From assembly GCA_963847445.1 (NCBI GenBank), contig CAWJZV010000027.1, forward strand, positions 108,518-172,517: a DNA stretch of 64,000 nt. Reading direction: 5' to 3'. The DNA is from an uncultured delta proteobacterium (GTDB lineage Bacteria > Desulfobacterota > Binatia > UBA9968). The notes below the pieces were generated by a model. That model was not told where the DNA came from. It saw only the letters and a list, made by a program, of their open reading frames with translations, and did no database searches. Positions 31,044 to 42,418 of the stretch are shown piece by piece (position 1 is the first letter of the stretch; every line of letters starts with the position of its first letter). The position numbers and the translations under genes were made by a program.

Positions 31044-32045
31044 CGGCCCCGCAGACTAAAATGGAGTGGGCTTGTCACTCTCATTATCGCATTCGTGATC
31101 TGTGGGGTTGCGGTCGAGGCGCAGCAGCCGACGAAAATTCCCCGGATAGGATACCTAGCTGCTATCCTCACGTTCCGCTGTCGCGGCCCGCATCGAGGCA
31201 TTCCAGCAGGGCCTGCGCGAGCTTGGGTACGTCGAGGGCAAAAACATTGTCATTGAATGGCGATCTGCGCGAGGGAAAGCTCAGATCGCCTACCCGCGCT
31301 CGCGGCCGAGCTAGTGCGTCTCAAGGTAGACGTCATCGTCACGGCTGGTTCGTCAACAACCCGCGCCGCAAGGAAGCAACCGCTACGATTCCCATTGTCA
31401 TGACGCAACGATACCGATCCTGTTGGGAACGGGTTCGTCGCCAGCCTTGCGCGACCAGGCGGGAACATCACTGGATTGTCCACCTTTGCCCCGGAGTTGA
31501 GCGGAAAACGACTGGAGCTTTTGAAGGAGATCGTTGCTAAGCTCTCCCGCGTGGCCGTCTTCGGGACTTCAACCAGTCCCGGGCCAACGCACAAATCGTT
31601 AAGAGAGGTGGAACTCGCCGCAGGGGCGTTCAAGGTGAAGCTTCAATACCTAGACGTACTAGACCCCAAGGATATTGAGACCGCATTCCGAGCCGCAAGC
31701 AAAGGACGTGCTGACGCAGTCCTCGTGCTGGCGGAGCGACCTCTTCAGCTCATCATCGAACACAGGTTGTCGAACTCGCAGTAAAGAGCCGACTCCCGGC
31801 GATATACCACAGGTCGAGAATTTGTCGAAGACGGGGGGCTTATGACCTACGGCGTGAACGACAACGACTTGGACCGGCGCGCCGCTACGTATGTCGACAA
31901 GATTCTGAAAGGCAGCAAGCCCGCAGACCTTCCCGTCGAGCAGCCGATCAAGTTCGAGTTCATCGTCAATCTGAAAGCAGCCAAGCAGATCGGCCTGACG
32001 ATTCCGCCGAATGTGCTGGTGCGGGCGGATCGGGTGATTCGGTGA
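30975..32045 (+). CDS. ABC_sub_bind (PF04392-like) substrate-binding protein (multiple frameshifts)
   Basis: AQQP.KIPRIG, ELSGKRLELLKE and RRAATYVDKILKG..PADLPVEQP motifs. Confidence 0.8.
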
Positions 32046-32171
32046 ATAAAGCAATATTCAACGGTAGGTGGCCGGGCCTGCCCTGAGCGGAATCGAAGGT
32101 GTCCGCACGTCGGAGGGCCGACACGCAGGTCGGCCTCTAAAGCGTCGACAATCGAGCATCCAAAATGGGTT

Positions 32172-33144
32172 GTGGTGTTTCTGGTCATTGCTTTTGTGCT
32201 CGGGGTAGGGGGGGCTGTGCCCGAGGCGCAGCAGCCGACGAAAATTCCACGGATAGGGTTTCTAATTGCTACCGCCACTTCCGTTAACACGGCCCGCAAC
32301 GAGGCGTTCCGGCAAGGTCTGCGCGAGCTTGGTTACGTAGAGGGGAAAAACATTATCATCGAGTGGCGATCTGCGGAGGGCAAAGGCGGACCGGCTACCT
32401 GGCCTTGCAGCCGAGCTGGTCGGTCTCAAGGTCGACATCATCGTCTCGGGTGGTCCTTCAACAACCCGCGCCGCAAAGCAAGCGACTTCTACGATTCCCA
32501 TTGTCATGGCGCAGGATCCTGATCCTGTCGGCTCGGGGTTCATCGCCAGCCTTGCGCGACCTGGCGGCAATATCACTGGCTTGGCAACACTGACTCCGGA
32601 ATTAAGCGGAAAGCGACTGGAGCTTCTGAAGGAGATTATTCCCAAGCTCTCCCGTGTGGCTATCCTCGGGACTTCGACCAGGCCGGGCAACGCACAAGAA
32701 CTAAGAGAGGTGGAACTCGCCGCAGGGGCGTTCAAGGTGCAGCTTCAAAACTTAGACGTTCTCGATCCCAAGGATATTGAGACCGCATTCCGAGCCGCGA
32801 CAAAGGGTCGCGCTGATGCACTCCTCGTGCTCGGTGGCCCCGTCATCATTTCTCATCGAACACAGGTTGTCGAACTCGCAGGAAAGAGCCGGCTTCCGGC
32901 GACATACGACAGGCCAGAATTTGTCGATGACGGGGGGCTCATGACCTACAGCGTGAGCAGTACCGACTTGTTTCGCCGCGCCGCGACGTATGTGGACAAG
33001 ATTTTGAAAGGCAGGACGGCCGCTGACCTTCCCGTCGAGCAGCCGATCAAGTTCGAGTTCATCGTCAATCTAAAAGCAGCCAAGCAGATCGGCCTGACGA
33101 TTCCGCCGAATGTGCTGACGAGGGCGGACCGGGTGATTAGGTGA
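32172..33144 (+). CDS. ABC_sub_bind substrate-binding protein (frameshift near 32385)
   Basis: Same motifs; SLARPGGNITG. Confidence 0.85.
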
Positions 33145-33193
33145 GGGAGGGCATTAGGCTACAGACGGTAGGCAATGGTGGACGTGGACGGAA

Positions 33194-34172
33194 ATGAAGA
33201 AATTAATCTTTGCATTTACGCTCGGCGCTTTGTTATCTCGCGCTCATCAATGGCTCGGCACCAGCCGGGGCGGAGGAAAAGATTCCCCGCGCCGGTATTC
33301 TCTTTATCGGCGGCAGAGAACAACCGCACTTGGAATCATTCAAACAAGGTCTGCGCGAGCGCGGCTACATCGAAGGTAAGAACATTACTCTCGTGTACCG
33401 CTACGCTGAGGGCAAAGAAGAGCGGCTCGCCGATCTCGCCGCCGAGCTCGTGCGCGAGAAAGTCGATGTCATCCTCACCACCGCTACGATCAGCGCTCTG
33501 GCGGCTCGACGGGTTACCCGAACGCTGCCGATCGTCATGACCAGCGGCAATCCACTGGCGACCGGGCTTGCTGACAGCTTGGCGAAGCCGGGCGGAAACG
33601 TCACGGGCTTGACCGTGATGCCATACGACTTGAGCGTTAAGCGGCTTGAGCTGCTTAAAGAATCCTTTCCTAAAAAGAGCCGCGTCGCGGCGCTATGGAG
33701 TCCGCGCGACCGCGAAGCGGATATCCAATTGAAAGAAACCGAAATGGCGGCCAAAGCTTTGTCCGTACATTTGCATCCGCTGGAATTAAAGTCGGCCGAT
33801 GACATCGACCGCGCGTTTAAAGAGATGACCAAGGCCCGCGACCAAGCGATAGTCATAATTTTGTCGCCGCTCGTCACCCTGAACTCGAAGCGAATTGTCG
33901 AGCTCGCAATCAAGCACCGCCTGCCGGGAATATATCCGACCGGACAATTTGTCGAGGAAGGCGGGCTGATGTCCTACGGCACGTCGATCGCGGACTTGTA
34001 CCGCCGTGCCGCGACCTATGTGGATAAGATTCTCAAAGGAAGAATGCCCGCCGACCTGCCGATCGAGCAGCCGATGAAGTTCGACTTCATCGTCAGCTTA
34101 AAAGCTGCCAAGCAGATCGGCGTGACGGTTCCGCCGAACGTGCTGGTGCGGGCGGATCGGGTAATCAGGTAA
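33194..34172 (+). CDS. ABC_sub_bind substrate-binding protein
   Basis: Same motifs; ATG 33194 with an indel in the signal peptide. Confidence 0.85.
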
Positions 34173-34357
34173 GGCGTGAATAGTAAGGAGTGAGGCGACT
34201 CGGACGCGGCGCGAGTGAGAAAACTTTGGATCGATATCTGTGGGGCTGATTGGAGGCTTGTTCTGGGCTACCGGTTACTTTCGCGATGGTTGCTTTCAGT
34301 CGTCGGCGAAAGATAGAATGATGATGATCGAAGTCTTTCTAGCGTTAGGATTTCAGG

Positions 34358-34654
34358 ATGGGAAAGACACTAGTCCGGCTGGTGATGGAAGAGGTCACTG
34401 ATCCCGGCGCGCTTGCCAAAGCGCGAGCGCAACGCGAGCGATTCGATGGTAACAGCGCTTGGTTGCAAGCCCATGTGACGGAAGTTTACCGGGGTCATCG
34501 TGGCAAGTGCATCTGTGTTGCCGGCGACCAACTGTTCGTCGCCGACACGCCCGAACAGGCACTAGCCCTGGCCACAGCTGCCCATCCTGAAGATGATGGC
34601 AGTTTTCTCCGCTACATTCCCCGCGAAAAAATAGACCGCATATATGCGAATTGA
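34358..34654 (+). CDS. DUF5678-like small protein
   Basis: N..WL..H...Y..HRGK.ICV.G..LF...T...A...A...HPED pattern. Confidence 0.65.
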   Translation: MGKTLVRLVMEEVTDPGALAKARAQRERFDGNSAWLQAHVTEVYRGHRGKCICVAGDQLFVADTPEQALALATAAHPEDDGSFLRYIPREKIDRIYAN

Positions 34655-34742
34655 CGGCGAGTGGCTGCTGTGCGACGACGGCACCCCGCGCCCGGTGATC
34701 CGCGGCGAGATTCTGGCGAGTGACGGTACTTTGGAGCGATAA
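34644..34742 (+). pseudogene. 5' stub of a probable retropepsin-like aspartic protease partner
   Basis: MRIDGEWLLCDDGTPRPVIRGEILA.. overlaps the upstream gene and stops before any DTG motif; assignment rests on usual gene pairing. Confidence 0.45.
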
Positions 34743-34787
34743 GGTGATTCGGGAAATTCATTTTGGATTACGGATTGAGGACAAAGC

Positions 34788-35805
34788 ATGATGATGAAGT
34801 CGTTCAGGCGAATTTCCCTAGTTGGGTTTTTCATCTACAATTTCGGGTTCAACGCGCAGAGCCTCGCGCAGGATCGCCCTCTGAAAAAGATCAATTGGGG
34901 AATGACTGCGTTGTCAGCTGCCATGTGGATTCCCTGGATCGCGAAGGATGCGAAAATTTATGAGAAAAACGGGCTCGACGTGGAAATCGTTCTGCTCCGC
35001 GGATCGGGCCAGAGTTCACAGGCACTGCTTGGTGGAAGCCTTTTTGCCGCACCGGTCGCGTTGCCGCAGTTGATGCTGCGCTAACCTTAACGGCGCCGAT
35101 ATGGTCAATGTGGCCCACACGATCGCGTCGGCATCCAGCAAATTGCTGGTAAGACCGGAGATCAGACGACCGGAGGATTTACGCGGCAAAAAGATCGCGA
35201 CTTCGAGCATTCGGCTCGCTGGGCGATTTTCTGTTTCGCTACGCGCTGCGCAAGTATGGCCTGAACCCCGACCGCGAAATCACATGGCTCTCGATCGGCA
35301 CCAACGCCGAACGGCTGCAGGCGTTGTTCACCGGCGCCATCGACGGCGCCGACGTAGCCTATCCGGCCGACGTTCAAGCCGAGCGCAAAGGCTACCGGGT
35401 TTTGATCGACGCCCGAAAAGAAATTATCTACCCGACGACATCGATCGTGACACGGCGCAAAAACCATTCAAGACGACCGCGACACGGTCGATGCGCTTCG
35501 TGCGCTCCCACGTCGAGGGCATCGCATTTCACAAACAGAACAAGGAATTCAGCTCTCAAAGTGTTGACCAAATACGTCAAGAACCACCGACCCGGAGTTT
35601 TTGGAAGGCTCCTACAATATATTCAAACAAGACTTCATCGCCGCGCCCTATCCGATTACCAAAGGCCTTGAAGCCGACCTTCGACTACGTCGCCCAAACC
35701 CGCCCCGAGATTCGCAATCGCAAACCCGAAGAGTTTGTCGATGCGAGTTTTATCTCAGAACTCGACAAAAGCGGGTTTATAAAGAAGTTGTACGAGCAGA
35801 AGTAG
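34788..35805 (+). CDS. ABC substrate-binding protein, NMT1/SsuA-like (multiple frameshifts)
   Basis: LKKINWG..WIPWIAKDAKIYEK; ends ELDKSGFIKKLYEQK. Confidence 0.78.
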
Positions 35806-35979
35806 GTGCGAGGCGGAAGGCGTGACGAGGGTAGACCCGGTACTCAAGGTCTAACTGGCATAAAGTTAGACCGGAGTATTTGCGATAATCTACATTGACT
35901 GTTTATGAGAAGCGTCCAGGGTCTGATCGTGATAATGTGACGCTAATGCTTGCCAAGAAAAGATACAGGGAGAGAGCCG

Positions 35980-37045
35980 ATGAAGTCGCGTTCCACGTTC
36001 GTGATCGTTGCTGCACTCGCCGCCATGATCTCCGCTAATCCCTTGCAGGCCGGAGGCTTGAAACAGGTCGGAGAAATAGCAATTCCCGGTGATCCGATCA
36101 CCGACATCGGCATTATGGCCATCGACCAAACGACGGGTCTTGGCTATCTCGCCGACAAGACCAACAAATCCGTCGTCGTCTTCGATACCAAGACCGACAA
36201 ATTCGTCTCGCGAATACCGGGTTTCGTCGGACGGTTGAAGGATGGCAATGCCTCGGGACCGAATGGTGTTGTCGTCGTCGGCGCCGAAGTATGGGTGAGC
36301 GACGGCGACAGCACGATCAAGGTGATCGATACCAAGACCGGCCAGATCGCGGCGACGGTCGCCACTGGCGGAACGAAGCGCGCCAACGGGATGGCCTTGG
36401 GCGAAGACATCGGCGTCGTCATCGTGGCCAATTCGAACGACGCGCCGCCGTTCCTCAGCTTGATCTCGACTGCGCCCGATCACAAAATCCTGGCGAAGAT
36501 CCCTATTCCGGAATCCGGCGAGAACCTGGAGCGTTCCGCGTACCACGCGCCAAGCGGCATGTTCTACACGGCGATCCCGGTATCACGCGCGGACAGCACC
36601 AAGGGATTGTTGGCGCAGACGGATGCGAAAAACGGCAAGCTCGTAAAGCTGCACGAACTGCAGGTGTCATCCGCATAGTCTCTCCATCGTCTCGGACTCG
36701 ACCATTTTCCTGGGTTGCAGCAGCGCCCACGGCCCGTCTCCCAAGCCCGGCGGTGACATGGCGATTTTCGATATCGCGGCCGGCAAGGTCGAAACATATC
36801 TCACGGCATACGGCGGCAACGGCGGCTCGACGGTGAATCGCAAACTCGGCCAATACTACCATTCCGCCTCAGGTGGAACCTTGATGGTGGTCGACACCAA
36901 GACGAAAAAGGGGCTGCAACAAATTCCGACGTCCAATGGCGCTCGCTCGCTCGGGGTAAGTCTCGCCAACAATCGCGTCTATGTGGCCACGACAGCGAAG
37001 GAGTTGGCCTGCCGTGGATGCATCGTGGTGTATGCGCCGGCGTAA
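35980..37045 (+). CDS. Exported YncE-like beta-propeller protein (frameshift near 36665)
   Basis: Signal peptide; YLADKTNKSV.VFD, GPNGV, GDSTIKVID and NRVYV blades. Confidence 0.75.
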
Positions 37046-37229
37046 GGATTTGAGGTCTGCGGCGACAGGATTCGAACTGTGAAGTATTTTTTTCGCTGTA
37101 GGATTTTTTGAATTGTTCCGTCAATGATCCGATGACTTCGCGGGGCGACTAGATGCCTTTAGTCTGTTCAAGGTTCAACGTTCTACGCGCCGGCCACGAC
37201 CGGAAAAAGGCCACGCTGTGAGGGCGACA

Positions 37230-38288
37230 TTATCGCGCGGGCAGCGAGCCCTCGCCGGAAAGTTTTTTTAGCAGATCGATCACCTCGGCGTCACGCGGCA
37301 TTTCCCTGATCGCTTTCTCCATCTCTTCCGGCATGAGCGGATCGGGTTCTTCACCGGTAAGCTTTTTGTATTCGCGGTGAAAATCGCCGTCTTTGAAAGC
37401 CTTGCGCATAGCATCCTGGAGAATCATGACCCTGTCCTTCGGCGTTCCCGGAGGCAATGCGTAAGGCACGCCGACGAGTCTCAAGGTCCGGTACATGGTG
37501 AGGAGCTTGGCCTCATTTTCAGATTTTGCAAAACTTTCGATCTCGGGGACGCGACCGAAGCGCGGATGCTTGGCTCCTTTCGGAATCTCCAAGATAGCGT
37601 GGATATCCATCACGCTTTTCTCCACCCAATCCGGGTTGCGGTGTAATAGCTGTGCGACGTTGTTCGCCCTGCCATCGAGCTCGCCGCGTAATAGAGCTAC
37701 CTCGATCTCCGGAGTTGTGTAGCCGACGATAAACTTCGGTTCCTTGAAACCGAGAAAATAGGCAAAAAGCCGCCCAGCTATATAGTTAGGGTGTCCTACC
37801 GCCTGGGCGCCGATCCTGATGCCGGAAGCCGCTCGAAGCTTCTCGGCATTGGTCAGAGCAAGCTCCTTTCTTGTGTACAGGATCTGATGCGACGTGCTTT
37901 CCGACGCACCGAGGTAGATAAACTTGTCGATGTCGTACATGACACCGGTGGCGCCGAGGACGTTCAGCGCGACGATGCTGCCGCTCAAGGCTCCTATGGT
38001 CAGCCCGTCCGGCTTGGCGACCTGGTAGACGTGATTGGCTGCCTGTCGACCGCCGCCGCCGGCCTTGTGCTCGAGCACGATCGTCGGATTTCCGGGGATG
38101 TATTTCCGCAAAGAAGGAATCAGTGCCCTCGTGCGGTGGTCTCCCGCTCCTCCGGGGGCGGTGCCCAGGACAATCACCAAGGTCTTACCTTGATAAAAGG
38201 GAGCCTGCGCCAAAGCGCCGTCGGCAAGAGCGGCTAAAACCGCAACTACCGTGACCCAGAACCGCACGATCAAGTCTTTCGTTCCCAT
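37230..38288 (-). CDS. Bug/TctC-type tripartite tricarboxylate transporter substrate-binding protein
   Basis: FYQGKT, APGGAGD, IPGNP, GGGG..AAN, KPDGLT, PPGTP. Confidence 0.88.
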   Translation of the reverse strand: MGTKDLIVRFWVTVVAVLAALADGALAQAPFYQGKTLVIVLGTAPGGAGDHRTRALIPSLRKYIPGNPTIVLEHKAGGGGRQAANHVYQVAKPDGLTIGALSGSIVALNVLGATGVMYDIDKFIYLGASESTSHQILYTRKELALTNAEKLRAASGIRIGAQAVGHPNYIAGRLFAYFLGFKEPKFIVGYTTPEIEVALLRGELDGRANNVAQLLHRNPDWVEKSVMDIHAILEIPKGAKHPRFGRVPEIESFAKSENEAKLLTMYRTLRLVGVPYALPPGTPKDRVMILQDAMRKAFKDGDFHREYKKLTGEEPDPLMPEEMEKAIREMPRDAEVIDLLKKLSGEGSLPAR

Positions 38289-38959
38289 AGCAGACCCTTC
38301 CCTCAGCGCGGCGGCACGACCGCCAATAGCAACCAACGGTTCATGAATTACTCTCCAGTGGTTCGCGTTGTAACGCATTGCAGGTTTCAAACACAAGCCG
38401 TCTGCGCTTGCGGTGCGTCTTGCATACTCGCTACTGAGCGGAGAAACGCGTTTTTCGCTTTATACATCGTTGTCCTCCGTCTGATCGAACCGTTTAGGTC
38501 ATGCCGCGGGTCAGGTCATGCAATGACACATTGAGGTCATTTCCGGGGTGCTATTGCGAGAAAAGCTCGGAAGTTTGGGGCCAGGCCCTTCAGTCGTCAA
38601 CAATCTTCCACTTGCCATCGCGGCGTAATCCCGCAGGATACGTAACTTCGACCATGCGATCTGCGTGTACTCGCTCGCCTAGGCCGCAGTCGTCACGTTA
38701 ACAAAAGCCGTTGGACAGCTGCTGCCCGTCTGTTTCCGTCACGGCGATTGGACGGCTTGAACGTAGCGCCGCGCTGGAACCACCGGAGCGGACTGCGGTT
38801 GATAGCCGAAACCTTGGAATGGCCTCCGCCAACCTTCGTGTTTCCTATTGTCATGGCCGTTGCCTAATTATAAAAGGAGACCTGCGAAGTGAAGTAACGT
38901 AGTAGCATCCGGAGACAGTCAAAACGAAATTGCTATCCAGCAGGAAGAAGGAGATCACA

Positions 38960-39586
38960 ATGAAAAACTGGTCTGCCATTGCCATGGGGCTGCTTGTCAT
39001 CGGACTCACCGTTTTGGGCTGCTCATCACAGAAGTCCGGTCAAGGTGACGCGGGATGGATCACGCTTCTTGACGGCTCCAACCCCAAAACCCTGGACAAC
39101 TGGAACCGGCTCGGCGACGCCAATTGGCGGGCCGAGGACGGCGCCATCGTGGCGGACAAAGGCAAGGGCGGCAATCTGGTCTCGAAGAACTCCTACAAGG
39201 ACTTCCAAATCCGGGCCGAGTTCTGGGCCGACCACACCACCAACAGCGGCATTTTTTTTCGCATTTCCGATGTTAAAACCATTGGCTCCAAAACCGGGTA
39301 CGAGGCGAATATCTACGACCAGCGCCCAGAGCCGGAGTACGGCACCGGGGCCATCGCCAATGTCGCCAAGGTATCTCCGATGCCCAAAGCGGGCGGCAAA
39401 TGGAACAACTATGAGATCACAGCCAAAGGCTCGCAGCTGACGATCGTGCTCAATGGAGTCAAGACAGTCGATATCCAACACACTCAGTTCACGGAAGGTC
39501 CGATCTCGCTGCAGTTTGGCAATCGTGAAAAAGGCACCCCCGGCGGCGCCATCAAATGGCGCAAGGTGCAGATCCGGCCTCTGTAA
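38960..39586 (+). CDS. DUF1080 (3-keto-disaccharide hydrolase-like) lipoprotein
   Basis: Lipobox VLGC; GWITLLDG, NSGIFFR, GYEANI.D, G.WN.YEI, GPISLQ. Confidence 0.88.
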   Translation: MKNWSAIAMGLLVIGLTVLGCSSQKSGQGDAGWITLLDGSNPKTLDNWNRLGDANWRAEDGAIVADKGKGGNLVSKNSYKDFQIRAEFWADHTTNSGIFFRISDVKTIGSKTGYEANIYDQRPEPEYGTGAIANVAKVSPMPKAGGKWNNYEITAKGSQLTIVLNGVKTVDIQHTQFTEGPISLQFGNREKGTPGGAIKWRKVQIRPL

Positions 39587-39712
39587 CTCGCGCCATCGGC
39601 GGCGCCGTTGTAGAAGCTCATGCATCTGAAGTTATGGCACCCTCAAGGAAGGCCGATCAGAAAAAGCGCGTTGCGACTCGGGCCGACTCGGAGTAAAGCT
39701 CGTTCGTGATCT

Positions 39713-41132
39713 ATGGCCAGCACTGATTTACCAGCTACCCCAGCTACCCTAGTCCAACAAATCGCCGGCAACGTGCTCAACGTTGCTGACGCGGCAATTC
39801 CATTGGCGGTCGTCGAGCATACCAAGGCGCTGATCCTCGACTCCATCGGCTGCGCTTTGGCCGCGACGCGAGGAGCCCGCATTTGCCCGCGCGTCGCGCG
39901 TTTTTGCCCAACTCGGCGGCAACCCGGACTGCACCGTGATCGGTTCGTCGCGGCGGGTTAATCTACCGCAGGCGGTGTTGCTGAATGGCATTTTGATTCG
40001 CTCGCTGGACTTGAACGATGCCTACATCGGTCCCGGACAGATGGGACATCCGAGCGACAATATCGCGGTGGCGCTTTCCGTCGGCGAAAAGTTTCGCGCC
40101 TCCGGACTGAGCGTGATCGCCAGCGTAGCGCTCGGCTACGAGATTTACTGCCGCATGCAGGACATCATTCCAGCTCGCGGCACCTGGGATCACACCACCG
40201 CATCGGCATTGGCGGCGCCTTTGATCGCCGGCCGGTTGATGGGATTGAATGCGGAGCAGCTTGCCCATGCGGCCGCGCTGTCGGCCACCCATGGCAACAC
40301 GCTCGCCGTCGTGCGCACCGGGCAGCTGGCCAATTCCAAAGCGAACGCCAACGCCATGGTGGCATCCCAAGCGGTGCTGTGTTCGTTGTTTGCCGCCGAG
40401 GGCATGACCGGTGCGCTAGGGGTGATCGAACACCCGCGCGGGCTGAGCACCGGCATGCTCGCCGGGGCAAAATTAGATCTTCTCGCTCAACCGATCGGCG
40501 AACGCTATAGAATCATGACCTCCGCGATCAAAGCCTATCCCTGTATCGGCACGGCCCAGACCATGGTCGCCGGCCTGCTTCAAGCGCGCGCCGGCATCGC
40601 CGATCCGGCGCGAGAAGTTCAGCGCATCGAAGTGGTGATGGCCGATATCCCGATCGTCAGCACTCAAGCGGCGGACCAACAACGGCGCTACCCGGAAAGC
40701 CGCGAAAGCGCGGATCATAGCTTCTACTATCTTGCGGCAGCGGCGCTTGCGGACGGCGAAATTTCCGAAGCGCAATTTGCCCCTGGGCGCTGGCTGCAAC
40801 CGGAAATGAGAGAAGCGATGGCGCGAGTCTCGGTGCGCACCGACGCGAGTTTGAACAAGTACACGCCCGGCAGCTACCCGGCGGTGGTGAAACTGATTTT
40901 GCAAAGCGGCGAGAGCCGGGAAGTCGAGGTCATTTTTCCCAAAGGCCATCCCAACAATCCCATGTCGCCGGCCGAAGTCGAGGCCAAATTCCGCGCCTGC
41001 GCGCGTGGGAGAGTGCCGTCGGCACGCCAGGAGAAAGTCATCGGGAAAGCGCGCGAGTTGGAAAAACTCGCGTCGGTGGCCGAGCTGATGAACGATTTGG
41101 CAGAAGGCGAGCCGACTGCGACAGGCCGTTGA
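39713..41132 (+). CDS. MmgE/PrpD family protein (frameshift near 39875)
   Basis: ILDSIGCALAA, LDLND, GHPSD, GYEI, IKAYPC and PKGHP.NP motifs. Confidence 0.88.
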
Positions 41133-41247
41133 AAAAGGCCCACCTGCTTCGTTGCGCTTCGATCGCCTCGCTCCAACGTATCAGTAAATACGCCTTCGCT
41201 CGTCGATTTCTCGCGCGCCTCGCATCTGGACCTTTTTGAACAGCCTG
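41122..41247. mobile_element. MITE-like element with about 26 bp imperfect terminal inverted repeats
   Basis: CAGGCCGTTGAAAAAGGCCCACCTGC ... GCATCTGGACCTTTTTGAACAGCCTG. Confidence 0.6.
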
Positions 41248-41319
41248 GGGTCAGGGCTCTTCACAGCCGATTGAAGTCGACAGCGGAAGCGGCAACATGA
41301 TTTGGCGATGAGTTTCGTT

Positions 41320-42247
41320 TTAAACCGCTGACATATTTCTGATTAGCGCGTCGATGAAGCCTTCGTCGTCAAGCTCCTTGACCCAATGCAGATCCCAGAG
41401 AGCCAGTGGATTTAGGCCCTGGGCGCCATATTCCTCGCAAGCGATCTCGTAGGTGGCGGCCAGGGCCTGCGGCGTCGGATACGGTTTGATCTGCAGCTTG
41501 CCGACAATGGCGTCAAAATGTTTCTCCATCTCTTGCGTATCGCTGATTTTCATCCGTCGCATCGGCTCTGCCGTGACAACTTTCATCGCTTCCTGCTTGC
41601 GATGCTTCATCCAGCAAATCCCATGAATGACCGCCTTCACATAATTTTTTAATACGGCGGATTTCTTGCGCGCGAACTCGGCGGTGCACGCCTGGGCGTA
41701 ATGGCTGACCACGGCGAGATCGGGAACCGGGAGAAATTTTAAACCGGCTTTCAAGGGCTCTGCCTGGTACAGCGGATCGATAAAGCAAGCGATGCATTCT
41801 CCGCTGACGACTTTCTTCCACTGCCCCCACCTGCCCACGTCCGCATCCTTGAAGATGGGCACCCCCACTTTGCCCTCCAATCCCATCATCCTCAGCCAGA
41901 GCGTAACCGTATAAGGCCGGCCCGAATCCCTGCACCGCCATACTCTTGCCGGTGAATTCGCTGACGTTTTCGACGTGCTGGGGCACCATCAAATCCAAAC
42001 CGCGGACGATTCGGGGGGCGCAAAAGAAAGTGATTTTCTTCCCTTTTGTTGCTTCGGCGTAAAGAAATTCCACGTGGTCGATCAACACATCGGCTGCATC
42101 GTTGAACAGCGAAGCTTCGAACGCGCCATAGTCTTTGATCTGCAAAACCTCGACGTTGATGCCATAATGTTTCGCGCCCATTTCTTTGATGCAGTAGATG
42201 ACCGGAGTTCGATCATCGTCGCGATAGGCGACTCTCACAGTGTCCAT
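41320..42247 (-). CDS. NMT1/SsuA-fold protein without signal peptide (frameshift near 41925)
   Basis: YG.NVE, F.GK, PYPT and ELDDEGFID.L C-terminus resemble the other SBPs; starts MDTVRVAY with no h-region. Confidence 0.7.
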
Positions 42248-42418
42248 AGAAATCAAACCTTCCTGCCGACCTGCTCGATCGAAATGCTCACAGCGACCAG
42301 ATAACTTGCCTCGATCGGCTGCGGCTCGACAAAATTGTTTTCGCGCGTTCGAGACGGGATCGGCTGCCTTTCGATTTCTATTCGGTCGACGTGAGAGATC
42401 ACAGGGTTCACTTTGGTA

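Noticed and set aside
35848-35875. Integron attC (GTCTAAC...GTTAGAC) and a GTTAGGG core at about 43069
   Set aside because: The first has only a 9-bp spacer, too short for attC; the second has no matching inverse core; no IntI is present.
38340-38930. ncRNA or riboswitch in long intergenic regions (also 45150-45490 and 54330-54660)
   Set aside because: No recognisable conserved motif by eye, only decayed repeats; an Infernal/Rfam scan would be needed.
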